Shown here piece after piece: positions 37,435-49,789 of a DNA stretch of 64,000 nucleotides (its first letter is position 1; each line of letters opens with the position of its first letter). The translations under genes were made by a program, and so were the position numbers. The DNA is from Octopus sinensis (Eukaryota). Location: the NCBI RefSeq assembly GCF_006345805.1, contig NC_043006.1, forward strand, positions 60,512,001 through 60,576,000, in the 5' to 3' direction. The notes under the pieces were generated by a model, which saw only the letters and a list, made by a program, of their open reading frames with translations, was not told where the DNA came from and did no database searches.

Positions 37435-37899
37435 CTCCATTACATAACTCTTGTATACACACACACGTAATGTATTGTTCCGTGGAGGTAAGATCAACAA
37501 AAAAATACTCCATGGGGTGAGAGATAAATTTTATTTAATAGACACGATATCGTCCAGAAGAGTTGCAGGAGATTCCGAAGTTGTCCGGAGGCCGTGATTG
37601 AAGCCAATGGCGATTTTATTGACTATATTTAATCTTTCGTATTTCGAGATATTTTCACGTATATATCTGTTAAAATGAGTTATCAGTGTTACTTTTGTGT
37701 AATTCAGACTACAATTTATTCAACGCACCCTGAATAAATACACATATTCTCTTATTCTTTTACTCTTTTACTTGTCTCACTCATTAGACTACGGCCATGC
37801 TCAGGTACAGCCTTGTATACACTTACATTTGTATAAAGACATATATGGCTACACATGTTGTCTAGCTAAATTCATGTATCATTGGTCATACATCATTAA

Positions 37900-38105
37900 G
37901 GGGGCGATCAGGTAGAATTGTTAGAACGCCGGGCAAAATGTCTGGAGTCATTTTCCCCATCCCTTTATGTTCTAAGTTAAAATTTCGTAGAAATCAGCTC
38001 CATCTCTTATTTTTTGGGGGTCGATAAATACAGTACCACTGAGATGTTATATGTAATCGACTTGATCCTTACCCTCAAAACGGCTGGCATTGTGTTAGAA
38101 TTTAA
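37900..38105 (+). mobile_element. SINE family A, decayed
   Basis: Head AACGCCGGGCAAAATG, core GGGGTCGATAAATACAGTACCA, GTAATCGACTT. Confidence 0.65.
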
Positions 38106-38227
38106 AGAATTCTTTATGCATCTACCCATTCGTATGCACCGCGATATATATGCTTACATGTATATATTTGGGCATAGTTTAACGAATAACTTTCTGTCAC
38201 TACAATTCATTGTTCTACACACACACA

Positions 38228-38274
<47 letters not shown>

Positions 38275-38954
38275 GCACGCGTTCAAACACGTATGCAAAC
38301 GAACACATACATAGACACAAACATATATACACAGAAATACATATACACATACACATATGTATACTCATACACATACGCATATAAAGAAAAATATATAAAA
38401 ATCGACATGACAGAGTGTCTGAAACAGTGAAAGGAAAGGAGGAATTGGAGGAAATAGCAATAAAGAAAGAAATACATAGAGAGAAAGAAGGGGGCGGGAG
38501 AAGAGAAGGGAGTATTTGCAAATGGTTTGTGTGTGAGGAATAGGAAACTAGAGTTGGAAAGAATGATTATTATAAACCTGGAGACAATGGTAAACAAGCT
38601 ATTGCAATCAATTTTCTTTAAAATGTCGTCTGCCATGAATAAGGTGCAATTACACTATGTCACTTATTTTTCCCGGGACAACATATATAACGGTAATTGA
38701 ATTTCTTAATAAGAACTGTGTCTCTGGTTAAATCACGCTTGACTTAAATAACATTGACCACAGAACCAAGATGTAATAATTCTTAGTAATATATCTGAAA
38801 CTTTTATATCTTTAGTACTAGTCATACACAGACGTCATCTATTATTTATTCACATTGAAAATATAGAAATAAATAAATAAGTAAAACGACAACGTGATTG
38901 ATTGAAGCAATTTCATTAGTTTTTATTTTTGTGAATATTATTTATAAAAGTTGA

Positions 38955-39245
38955 GGTAGCGATCTGGCAGAATCGTTACCATGCCGGTAAAAATACATAA
39001 CGGCATTTTTCCGGCTTTATATTCGAAGACGACAGGCTAGTAGAATCGTTAGCAACTCAGGCAAAATATTTAGCGGCATTTCGTCCCTCCTTACGTTCTG
39101 AGTCCAATTTCCAATGAGGGACGACTTTGCCTTTCATCCTTTTGGGGTTGATAAAACAAGTACCAGTTGAGTACTGGGGTGGAAGAAATCAACTTAGCCC
39201 TTTCTCTGAACTTGCTGGCCTTGCGCCAAAATTTGAAGCCAATAT
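38955..39245 (+). mobile_element. SINE family A with duplicated head and alternative tail
   Basis: Two heads (38955 and ~39035), GACTTTGCCTTTCATCCTTTTGGGG core, tail GCTGGCCTTGCGCCAAAATTTGAA. Confidence 0.75.
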
Positions 39246-39832
39246 TATTTGCAATGGTTTACTAGAATATGATATACTTATCTTGTCGTTATTATGTGTT
39301 AGGATAGCTTGTAGCAAAAGAATGCATATGAAGGCCAGTAGTCCTAGAAATGTAGGACAATGTGAATATTGTCGTCCTGGGAGAGTTACATATTTTTCAA
39401 ATATCTATAATAGGTATGGATGTAACGACTTTAATTATATATCTGCTCTAAAAACGGCTGGTCTTGTCACAGGTAATAACTACAATTGGAATATATTACG
39501 GTAAATAAGCTTGTGTCAATGGGACTGTGACATAGAAATAATTTCTCTTTGAAGCAATTAAATTTATGAGTGCCCTCCTTATGGAATTTCTTGTTTTGTT
39601 GGGAAAAGATTGAAAAATTGATTAAAAAATATTGTGGACGTATGATTTCTTTTAAGTACTGTTTTGTTGTTTTACAATTATACTTTAGAACGTGCTGTTA
39701 CTATTTATAGTGGACCACTTGGATGTCTGGCAATTTCATTATTAGCAGTCACCAAGAATTAAAGATCAATATGGCAATTTAAAAGTCTTATTTACAAGTT
39801 GTGTATGTATGTGAGTATGCATATAATAAGTT

Positions 39833-40112
39833 AATTGAAGAAATTGGCGTCAACAACAAGGAGTACGGCTAGACATTTATTTTCTTAATCACTACAATTG
39901 TTTCGACGCAACGTAGTTCTCCAGGTGTGCAGGTACTTGAGTATGCAACTATTTCTCTGCATTATGAGATCTAGTTGTGTTTCCTCACGCGATATGTAAA
40001 TATTGTCTTCATAATGCGCACCAGGAGGACTACATTGCGCCGAAACAATTGTAGTGATTAAAAAATAAATGTCTAATCGTACCCCTAAGTGTTTACACCA
40101 ATTTCTTCAATT
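39833..40112. repeat. Inverted repeat (~98-bp arms 39833-39931 / 40015-40112) with decayed HHR-like motifs
   Basis: CAC-CTGGAGA..GAAA-CAATTGT-A-GTG on the minus strand of the left arm, homologous motif on the plus strand of the right arm. Confidence 0.8.
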
Positions 40113-40259
40113 ACCTATTCCCACATGACAGATGTCCAAACGCAAACCTAGAAATACGTATAATACTACTACTGGATAGTACAGGATAAATCTGAAGGTG
40201 GACGGGCTCTATACCCTACCCTACTACGTTCTTTACAGATTATACCATAACTATAACTA

Positions 40260-40318
<59 letters not shown>

Positions 40319-40327
40319 ATATATATG

Positions 40328-40420
<93 letters not shown>

Positions 40421-40641
40421 ACACACACACATAAACACACACTCACACTTATATATATGTATATTGATATATTATAGGTCCTGGTAGGGTCTAAATGTAG
40501 GGTGTCTCCAGAAAAGCACTCAACCCAAATTCTGGGTTATCAACACTGTCGGGTTCTACACCAATGCCGAAATTCTTCAAATGTAGACAATCCTAGATTT
40601 ACGACGGCAATACCGGTGTGTGGGTTTGGCAAAGAGTAAAT

Positions 40642-40843
40642 TATAATCTAAAAAATAAGACGACGAAGAAATACTTTAACACACTTCTAACAGTTCTAGG
40701 CATTAGTTTCTGTACCAGGTCTGTGGCAACGCCAATCTTTTGCGTAAACTGGCGTTGCGAGCAGAGTTGGTACAGAAACAATTGTATCGAATTACTAAAG
40801 AAGTGTTAACAAACTTCTTTGTCTTCTTATTATTTGGATTATA
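40642..40843. repeat. Diverged palindrome (~95-bp arms)
   Basis: GTTTCTGTACC..GCAACGCCA / TGGCGTTGC..GGTACAGAAAC. Outer arms are more diverged. Confidence 0.7.
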
Positions 40844-41053
40844 TATATATTGGAAGTGATGTAGCAACATTCAAAGTTTTGTCTCGGTGAATCTAACTGA
40901 GGCGAACTAATCAAATTTACGGTAAAAAACGTATGTTCGAGAGTTGGAAACCTAGGTCCATGATTACTCACATCTAGGTTGTACATTTATCTAATGTTCT
41001 TCCTACAGAAAAGATAATTTTTTTATGTTCGCCACCCGCAAACGTCTTTGCCA

Positions 41054-41111
<58 letters not shown>

Positions 41112-41434
41112 CTAAGTAATTAAGGGTTTAGCAACGAATTGCCTCACCAACACACCGAATTTAGAAATAGCAGTCAAAGAGATATAGCTATTCCTTCTAC
41201 TAAAAGGGGGATCTCAGTAAAAACACAGCATATATATATATATATACAGTGAAGTGTTACTATAGCGTCGTATATTATCGACTGTTACTTCCAGCAAATA
41301 TTGGTGCATTGTTGTACCACTATTCTCTATTTCAATATATAATTGAATGATAAATGTTATAGATAGATAATATGTTACTAATCTGACAGAATATGATACC
41401 CATATGAGAATAACAAATTAAGTATTCCAATATT

Positions 41435-41645
41435 CTTTTCTACTCTAGGCACAAGGCCCGAAATTTTGGGGAAGAGGGCCAGTCGATTAGATCGACCAAG
41501 TACGCAACTGGTACTTAATTTATCGACTCCGAAAGGATGAAAGGCAATGCTGACCTCGGTGGAATTTGAACTCAGATCGTAAAGACAGACGAAAACCACT
41601 AAGCATTTAGCCCGGCATGCTAACGTTTCTGCCAGCTCGCCGCCT
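41435..41645 (-). mobile_element. SINE family A (alternative tail), perfect 17-bp TSD
   Basis: TTAAGTATTCCAATATT at 41418-41434 and 41646-41662. Confidence 0.9.
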
Positions 41646-41932
41646 TTAAGTATTCCAATATTAAATTGAATATTAAACTACAACAGCGAGATAAATACAG
41701 ATTATGAGGATAAAAAATATGATACATATAAATTGGGTATCCATAATATTAATTATATATATGAACGAATATAACGAACTACTTACCCATATTAACATAT
41801 TAATAATTACAAATAATATTAATGCTAGTAACAATACTTTAAATAATAATAGGGATGGTATAAATAAAAATAGCATAAGAGCAACTACAATGAAGCACCT
41901 AACAATATTAATATATTAAATTATGAATAATA

Positions 41933-42340
41933 GGCGCAGGAGTGGCTGTGTGGTAAGTAGCTTGCTTACCAACAACATGGTTCCGGGTTCAGTCCCACTG
42001 CGTGGCATCTTGGGCAAGTGTCTTCTACTATAGCCCAGGGCCGACCAATGCCTTGTGAGTGGATTTGGTAGACGGAAACTGAAAGAAGCCTGTCGTATAT
42101 ATATATATATGTATGTGGGTGCATATGTTTGTGTGTCTGTGTTTGTCCCCCTAGCGTTGCTTGACAACCGATGCTGGTGTGTTTATGTCCCCGTTACTTA
42201 GCGGTTCGGCAAAAGAGACCGATAGAATAAGTACTGGGCTTACAAAGAATAAGTCCCGGGGTCGAGTTGCTCGACTAAAGGCGGTGCTCCAGCATGGCCG
42301 CAGTCAAATGACTGAAACCAGTAAAAGAGTAAAAGAGTAA
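41933..42340 (+). mobile_element. SINE family B (CORE-like), full length
   Basis: GGCGCAGGAGTGGCTGTGTGG A box, GGTTCAGTCCC B box, TCTTGGGCAAGTGTCTT CORE-like segment, internal microsatellite, (GTAAAAGA) tail. Confidence 0.9.
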
Positions 42341-42944
42341 TAAAACACAGAAAAACAATTAAAGGGGCTGATAGATTATAAAATAGTAGTAGCTGAATGA
42401 AAGTCCTGACAATCCTAGAAACAACAACGATTAATTTGTTTATCTCAAAAAGTGAAGAATAATAACAAGACTTAGATTTTGGCAGCAAACTCCTCCCTTG
42501 AGCAGTACGGTCAAAAGGTCAGTTTTACACTACAGGAGTTTACCGTTAGCACTTTAATATAATAAATAGCTGCATGTTATTTATGTCATATATTTTATGC
42601 ACAGGAATAATAAACCAAGGAGACATGTGTTCGTGGTCAGTTGACTTTTAGAAACACGAACTTAATCTACATTCTTTCGCATCCTATTGACTTCAAGAAA
42701 AAGACAAGGAGAAATAAAGTAAATATAGTCGTGGTTATAAAACATGATGGGCTGGTCAATCTTCGAGCTTATTTCATTACGTAGGATATGAAATCAGGTT
42801 ATAAAAACAAAAGCAAGAGAAACATTAATTGACAAATCCCATTTTAGTTTCTTCCTATAGAAGTTCTAGGCGCTATAACCAAGAAGATATAATTACTACA
42901 TTTTCTTTGTGAACTGACGGAAATTAAAGATAGAGGCGACTTAA

Positions 42945-43447
42945 ATATATGACGCTATACAATTTCTACTCTTTTAATTCTAAGTGAAACTCAATTATCT
43001 TTTATTTGTTTCTCGTTGGTAGATTGAGTGCCCATAATTCATAAAGCTGCCGTGAATGTCGATGGCGGACCTCTAAAACTGACAAGAAAGATATTTCAAG
43101 GAATTAAAGTATTTTAAATGGATTAATGAATTCGATTTTATCAATCTGATACAATCGTTCAGTTCTGTACCAAACTACCTACCAGCTGATGTATAAGAGA
43201 ATTTCTTCATTGAAAGATGGTCGTTTGATACGCTAGTAATATATAGAGAGATGGTCGTTTGATATGCTAGTAATAGAAAGAGTGCATTAGAATAAAGAAT
43301 GCAAATCTGACGAAATTCGACATACCGTGATAATTTCATTCGACGCAATAATTTCTTTGAAGTCCCTCACTTATAAATGCATAAAATGTGTGTGTATATA
43401 TATATATATATATGACGCTATACAATTTCTACTCTTTTAATTCTAAG

Positions 43448-43451
<4 letters not shown>
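42945..43451. repeat. Exact 44-bp direct repeat with 463-bp period
   Basis: ATATATGACGCTATACAATTTCTACTCTTTTAATTCTAAGTGAA at 42945-42988 and 43408-43451. Confidence 0.9.
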
Positions 43452-43502
<51 letters not shown>

Positions 43503-43589
43503 CTTATAAACAAGGACAAAAGAAAAATTATTTCTATGTGCCAATATGCTGATAACAGCATATAATGAAATGTGGAAATTGACGATTTA

Positions 43590-44157
43590 AAGTTGTTTAT
43601 AATTTTAACTTTTAAAGGTATTTTAATATGCTGCTACTTTTCATGAACTTTTTTCTGAAAAAAATTTTATATTAGTAGTAGATTTATTACTTAGGGACTG
43701 GTAACCCCTATAAGTTGTGATTCAGAATAGTTCACATGTGTGCTGAGGCTGGCTACAGGATTTTACATTTAGATATAACTGGGGTACTTATGCGTACACA
43801 TGACTCTTGTTTGTGGTTTTTCCATGCGTGCGTATAAGTATTTCATTTATTTCTTTCGTATTTTCTACTGAAGAGGGCAGAATCTATAAGATAAATCCCG
43901 AAATTGATTCAATATAGAAATAACGAACTTGTTTTTAAAACATTCTGTTGGCTAGCTTTTCTCGATTTCAGCACAACGTGTATTTATAGTGAATGTATAA
44001 TGAAATCTGGAAATGGACGAGTTAAAGTCTGTTATCAGCATATTGGCATAGAAAAAAGTTTTCTTTTGCCCTTGTTTATAAGTTGTTTATAATTTTAACT
44101 TTTAAAGGTATTTTAATATGCTGCCACTTTTGATGAAATATTTTTCTGAAAAAATTT
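43590..44157 (+). mobile_element. 490-bp monomer with ~78-bp terminal redundancy carrying an HHR (pLTR/retrozyme-like)
   Basis: 43590-43668 is repeated at 44080-44157. Homologous to 49790-50135. Confidence 0.8.
43862..43920 (+). ncRNA. Type I hammerhead ribozyme
   Basis: TTTCTA-CTGAAGA-GGG(cag a ATCT ata AGAT aaat)CCC-GAAA-TTGATTCAAT-A-TAGAAA. Further stem I pairing TTCGT/ACGAA. Confidence 0.85.
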
Positions 44158-44167
44158 AATCCTGTAT

Positions 44168-44202
<35 letters not shown>

Positions 44203-44324
44203 TATATATATATATATATATAAATTTATATAAATAAGGATAAGATCGTTAATTTAAAATAAAATAACGATCTTATCAAGTGGCCAGCATAGAAAAAATA
44301 ACCTTCAAAGGTAATAATTATTAA

Positions 44325-44606
44325 AATTATAACTTAGGGTATCTACGAGATATCACCATGCTGAAAACAGCAGTCATGATCTGACTCTAAAACCACCTTA
44401 AGTGTTCATATAGCAACACGGAGAGAAGAGAAAAAGACAAGATAAAACTAGTAATCCAGTAGTTATCCAGTAACTTTTTACTAGTTTTATCTTGTCTTTT
44501 TGTCTTCTCTTTGTGTTACTATATGAACACTTAAGGTGGTTTAGAGTTAGATCATGGCTGCTATTTTCAGCATTGTGGTATCTCGTAGGTACCCTAAGTT
44601 ATAATT
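44325..44606. repeat. Palindrome, ~130-bp arms (44325-44454 / 44478-44606)
   Basis: Direct reverse-complement match with scattered mismatches. Confidence 0.9.
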
Positions 44607-44633
44607 ATATATACATATATATATGTGTGTGTG

Positions 44634-44917
44634 TTAGAAGAAATGAGGTACTCAGAAATTCGGATGGTTTTATATTTACAGACATTTATTTGTATATTAC
44701 ATGTTTTTATACATCATATAACTTATATCATATATCATATATAGCGCTTTCGTCCATTCTGGTGGATTTTGCAAATGGAAAAATCCACCAGAATGGACGA
44801 ATGCGCTAATATATGATATATGATATAAGTTATATGATGTATAAAACCATGTAATATACAAAAAAATATCTGTAAATATAAAACCATCCGAATTTCTGAG
44901 TTCCTCATTTCTTCTAA
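44634..44917. repeat. Palindrome, ~137-bp arms (44634-44770 / 44780-44917)
   Basis: Direct match. The centre cuts through an HHR-like 3' half (GGAC-GAAA-GCGCT-A). Confidence 0.9.
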
Positions 44918-44943
44918 TATAAAATACCTGTACATCATCTCCA

Positions 44944-45015
<72 letters not shown>

Positions 45016-45100
45016 GTAATTAGTAAGGGACCGTTAGCGGTTTGCTCATTTCGGTATTCAAAATAGGTTATTCAACGGTTTATATATAAATCAATAATAA

Positions 45101-47336
45101 CACTAGTCAACTGGAATATTATATGTTGTTTTATATGTAGTTTTGTCTGCATATTTCAAAAATGTAATCGGTTTCCTTCTATCAGGCACAGTTTTTCTGA
45201 TGAGATAAGAGAGGTATATAAATCCTATCAGCAATATCGCTACACGTAAACGTCTTATACAGGTAAATTCTGACTTCTGCTTTATAACTATTTGCATTCA
45301 TTTTGTAATTTTATGTTTTCATAATCTTTTCTTTTCTGTTTAAGGTGCCAAGTCATCATCATCATCAAATTTTACTCAGGATGTCAATGCATTGCAAGAA
45401 CAGTCCTGATATGTTTTGTCATGTCTGTAGTTCATTTAACACCAAAGCTCAGCAACGTGCATAACAAATGAAATCAAGAAGATCTACCAGTTATACTTTG
45501 GCTGCTCTCTCAGGGATCAAGATAAGGGTTAGGCCCCGCACATCATCTGCTCAGCTTGTTCAAATGGACTAAGGGATTGGCTAAATACGAGGAAAATAGC
45601 AATGCCGTTTGCAATACCTATGATATGGAGAGAGCCATATGGATTGTTATTTCTGCAACGCTAATGAATGTGGGTTTACTGTAAAGACCAAACATAAGAT
45701 TGTGTATCCCAACTTGGAATCAGCAAGAATACCAGTACCACACAACGATGATGATCTTCCTATTCCAATACCACCAGAAAATGGCCTTCAGATGTATGAC
45801 GAAGGTATACTCCCTGAAGAAAATACTACTGCTGTGGAAGACACCGAAGTGGATGCAGATTTCATGATTGAAAATGAAGACGTACCACAGAAATTTTCTC
45901 AAGGAGAGTTAAATGATATAGTTAGAGACTTATCATTGTCGAGGAATAAAGCTGAACTATTAGCATCACGCCTACAAGAAAAGTGTCTGCTTAAAAAAGA
46001 TGTTTGTATTATTCATTTCAGGAAGAGAAATAGGGATCTGACTTCATGCTTCTCTGTTGATGGACCACATTGTTTCAGTAATAACACCGATGAGTTATTT
46101 CGCTGTTTGTTCAAAGAGCATGTTCCAGCTGAATGGCGCTTATTCATTGATTCATCTAAGAAAAGCCTCAAGGCAGTACTACTACACAATGGCAGTGAGA
46201 AACCATCCATTCCCATAGGACATTCAGTGCACATGAAGGAGTGTTATGAAAACATGCGAGTACTCCTCAATGCTATAAAGTATAGAAACTACAGCTAGAA
46301 AATATGTGGCGACTTGAAGGTGATTGGAATGTTTATGGTAATGCAATCTGGGTTCACGAAATATTGTTGCTTTTTATGCCTATGGGACAGTCGTGCCACT
46401 AACAAGCACTAAGTGCAATCAGAGTGGCCTTTGCGAAAATCATATGAACCGGGAGTTTCTAGCGGTTAGAGTAAGCCACTTTTAAACCCAGAAAATTTTC
46501 TCCTTACCACTCTTTACATAAAGCTTGGCCTTATGAAACAATTCGTGAAGACACTTGCCAGGAAAAGCTCAAAAGGTTTTGATAATGTGAAGGCCAAATT
46601 TCCAAAAATCTCTGAGGCAAAACTGAAGGAGGGCATATTCATAGGTCCGCAGATAAAAGAACTCTTGAAGGACAACAACTTCTTCCTCACAACACTGGAT
46701 GAGATTGAGCTTAAAGCCTGGGAATCCTTCAAATGGCTCTGTGAAAATTTCCTAGGCAACAAGAAATCTCTAGTGTTTGGAAATGGAGTGAAATGTCTTC
46801 TAGACTCCTACGCTACAATAGGATGTTGAGTGTCACTAAAAGTCCATTTCCTTGATTAACATCTGGACGTTTTTGTAGAGAACCTTAGAATAGTGTCTGA
46901 TGAGCAAAGGGAACGCTTCCATTAAGATATTTCATAGATGTAACAAAGATATCAAGGATTTTGGAATGCAGGAATGTTAGCTGACAACTGTTGGATGTTA
47001 TGCAAGGATGAACCCGTGACAAAACACTATAGAAAGTCCAAATCTCAAAGATTTTAAGTTGTTTTTAAGTTTGAGTGTATTCTAACTTATTTGTACACAA
47101 TAACTGTAATTTTGTACAATACAAAGCCATGAAATTATCGTATCTTGTATTCAATATACTTTATATAGACATGCTTTACGTATCTTATACGTTAATACAG
47201 CAGGTATTATTAACACGAAAATGGGACCTGGTAAAGGAGATCGGACTTCAGATTCATAATCAGCACCAGAAATTAACCCAGAAAAGTCAATCAGCAACTC
47301 TGATGATTAAAAGAAGTTTCATTTTGTTGACCAGTG
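45101..47336 (+). mobile_element. Complete DNA transposon, probably CMC/Chapaev3-like
   Basis: TIRs CACTAGTCAAC / GTTGACCAGTG (10 of 11 match), TAA on both sides, internal transposase pseudogene. Confidence 0.8.
45381..47057 (+). pseudogene. Chapaev3-like transposase, disrupted
   Basis: CKNSPDMFCHVC, APHIICSAC, DCYFC, WRLFIDSSKKSLKAVLLHNG, CGDLKV, LYIKLGLMKQFVK, GIFIGPQIK, SDEQRERFH. Several stops and frameshifts. Confidence 0.8.
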
Positions 47337-47805
47337 TAATTCTCATAAGAAAAAATATAACGTTATATAATATAATATAATCTCTTGTCTGTTTATTACT
47401 TTACCATTATGCAATGATAACTAATGAACAGACAAGAGATTATATTAAAATGCAAGCATAGACTGAAAAGCTCCTTTCCGTAATTTAGAAAAAATATATA
47501 ATATCCAATACAATATCAATTCTTTATTCAGCTAAAGCGTACTTAAAATTTCTGATTACTTACAATGGCAAGATTATATTCTTGCTTACCTGAATTATGT
47601 GATAATTGTAATAATTTGTATGTAGCTATGATCATATTCTCATATCAATCCACTATTTACTCGAAATCAGTGTGATAATGATTTCGGTAAAATTACTGGT
47701 ATATATATGGTAGGTACTTGAGTATTAGCATGTGTATGTAAGTAGTAAGTACGAGTCTATAAAGTGTTGCGATATAAATGTATAAAGGAATGTATACGGA
47801 TGAAA

Positions 47806-47870
<65 letters not shown>

Positions 47871-48720
47871 CACACACACACATATATATATATGTATAAT
47901 TATACACACACAGGTAGATGTGTGTGCATATATATATATATGTATATATAAACATTTATATATATATATATATTTAGATATAATTATTTCTATGTATACA
48001 CCGACTGAATGAACATATGGATCTACATATGGGTGCAAACTAATAAATCTCTTCCAGTGTGATATCATCTATTAATGACTGTGATGGGAACCAGTATCTG
48101 CTTACCATATGGAATTATCAACCAAACAGTTTTACCAGGACATACCTTGTTATTAGGTTAATTATTTTAAAAAGGCCTAGATGTACTGTTATAAAGAAAA
48201 AAGGATCTTAAAGAACGGTTATCTCACGCTGCAAAATCAAATTTTTCAATGTAATGTTATTCGAGCTGAAATGTATATTGCTATTACCGTTATGCCGTGA
48301 TTTCATATCCTGATTAATACAGGTAGAATTAATGTCAATAGGGTTAATATAGGTAATTTTCCTTTATAGCCTGCTTTAAGTAAAGCAGAGATATAAATTT
48401 CGGCATTTTCTTTGAAGACATCAACATTGGCAGATAACGTAGAAAGTCTAAGTGAAATATTCCTAACTAAATTCCTTGTGATTAATGAAAGAGATAATAT
48501 ATTTTAAATTAGTTGAATGTTTATGGCATGGGAAATATGAATCATTATATAAGTTAAGGGTAATATCCAAGTAGCTGGCTTTAGTTATATATATATAATA
48601 TTAATAATAATTATTATTATTTGAGGGAATATAAATCCAAACTTACAGGGGAAAAAATTCAATTTGGAAATACTAAATCAAATTTCACACAATGTAATAT
48701 ATATATATATTAAAAATTTA

Positions 48721-49010
48721 AAAAAAACCCCACCTTTTATCAATTTAAATGTACAATTCAATTACACCATCTAGAAAATTACATATAATAAAAATATTAA
48801 AAGTAAAATGACAATAAAATATCAATGATTAAGTAAATTGCAAAAAAAATAAAAACGTATATAATTGGTAGAATAACGACACGTTTTTCGTGGCTATATT
48901 TAAGAAATGATTATAGTAGTAGTAAAATCACTTCGATATAAATATACCCACTCATCAGGTTAAAAATAAACTAGAATAATGAAATAATTAATTAATAAAA
49001 TAAATATACC

Positions 49011-49054
<44 letters not shown>

Positions 49055-49681
49055 AATACTAAATATACATAAGTGAAAACTAAAACAAAATTTATTAAAA
49101 TACACAATGCTAGTACAAGTCATTAAATTGTAATCAAAATAAGTAGTGGTTCAAATATAGTCAAACTCATTAAATAAGCTAACTATATAATTAATATACG
49201 TGTAGTATCTATAGATTTAATATATCAACCTATAACATAGTTGGCTAAATAACAATTAATATAATACCTAATTAACTTAAAATGTAATATTACATAATAA
49301 ATATGCCACCTAATAATTAAATAATATATTGTCTAATCAAACTAATCCTCAAATTAAATTAACTGTAATACATTAGATCCCTTTATATATATAAATATAT
49401 ATATTTAGAAAAAATAGATAGATATAAGAATTAATATCTATCGTAACTTATATCTATATTTATATCGAAGTGATTTTATTACTACTATAATAATTTCTTA
49501 GATATAGCCACGAAACACGTGTCGTTATTCTACCAATTATATACGTTTTAATTATTTTTTTGCAAGTTACTTAATCATTGATATTCTATTGTTAATTTAA
49601 TTTTAATATTTTTATTATATGTAATTTTATAGATGGTGTAATTTAATTGTTCATTTTAAATTGATAAAATGTGTTTTTTTC

Positions 49682-49682
<1 letters not shown>
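48721..49682. repeat. Inverted repeat, ~226-bp arms (48721-48946 / 49455-49682)
   Basis: Arms align (TTGGTAGAATAACGACACGT vs ACGTGTCGTTATTCTACCAA) around a ~510-bp AT-rich spacer. Confidence 0.9.
48874..48962 (-). ncRNA. Type I hammerhead ribozyme with extended stem II
   Basis: TAAC-CTGATGA-GTGG..CCAC-GAAA-AACGTGT-C-GTTA. Stem II continues TATATTTA/TAAATATA and GAAGTGATT/AATCATTTC. Confidence 0.8.
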
Positions 49683-49728
<46 letters not shown>

Positions 49729-49789
49729 CTCTCTCACTCTGTGAGGGCCTCAGATCAAATCGCACGTGTCTGGAATGGGCTGGAGTATT

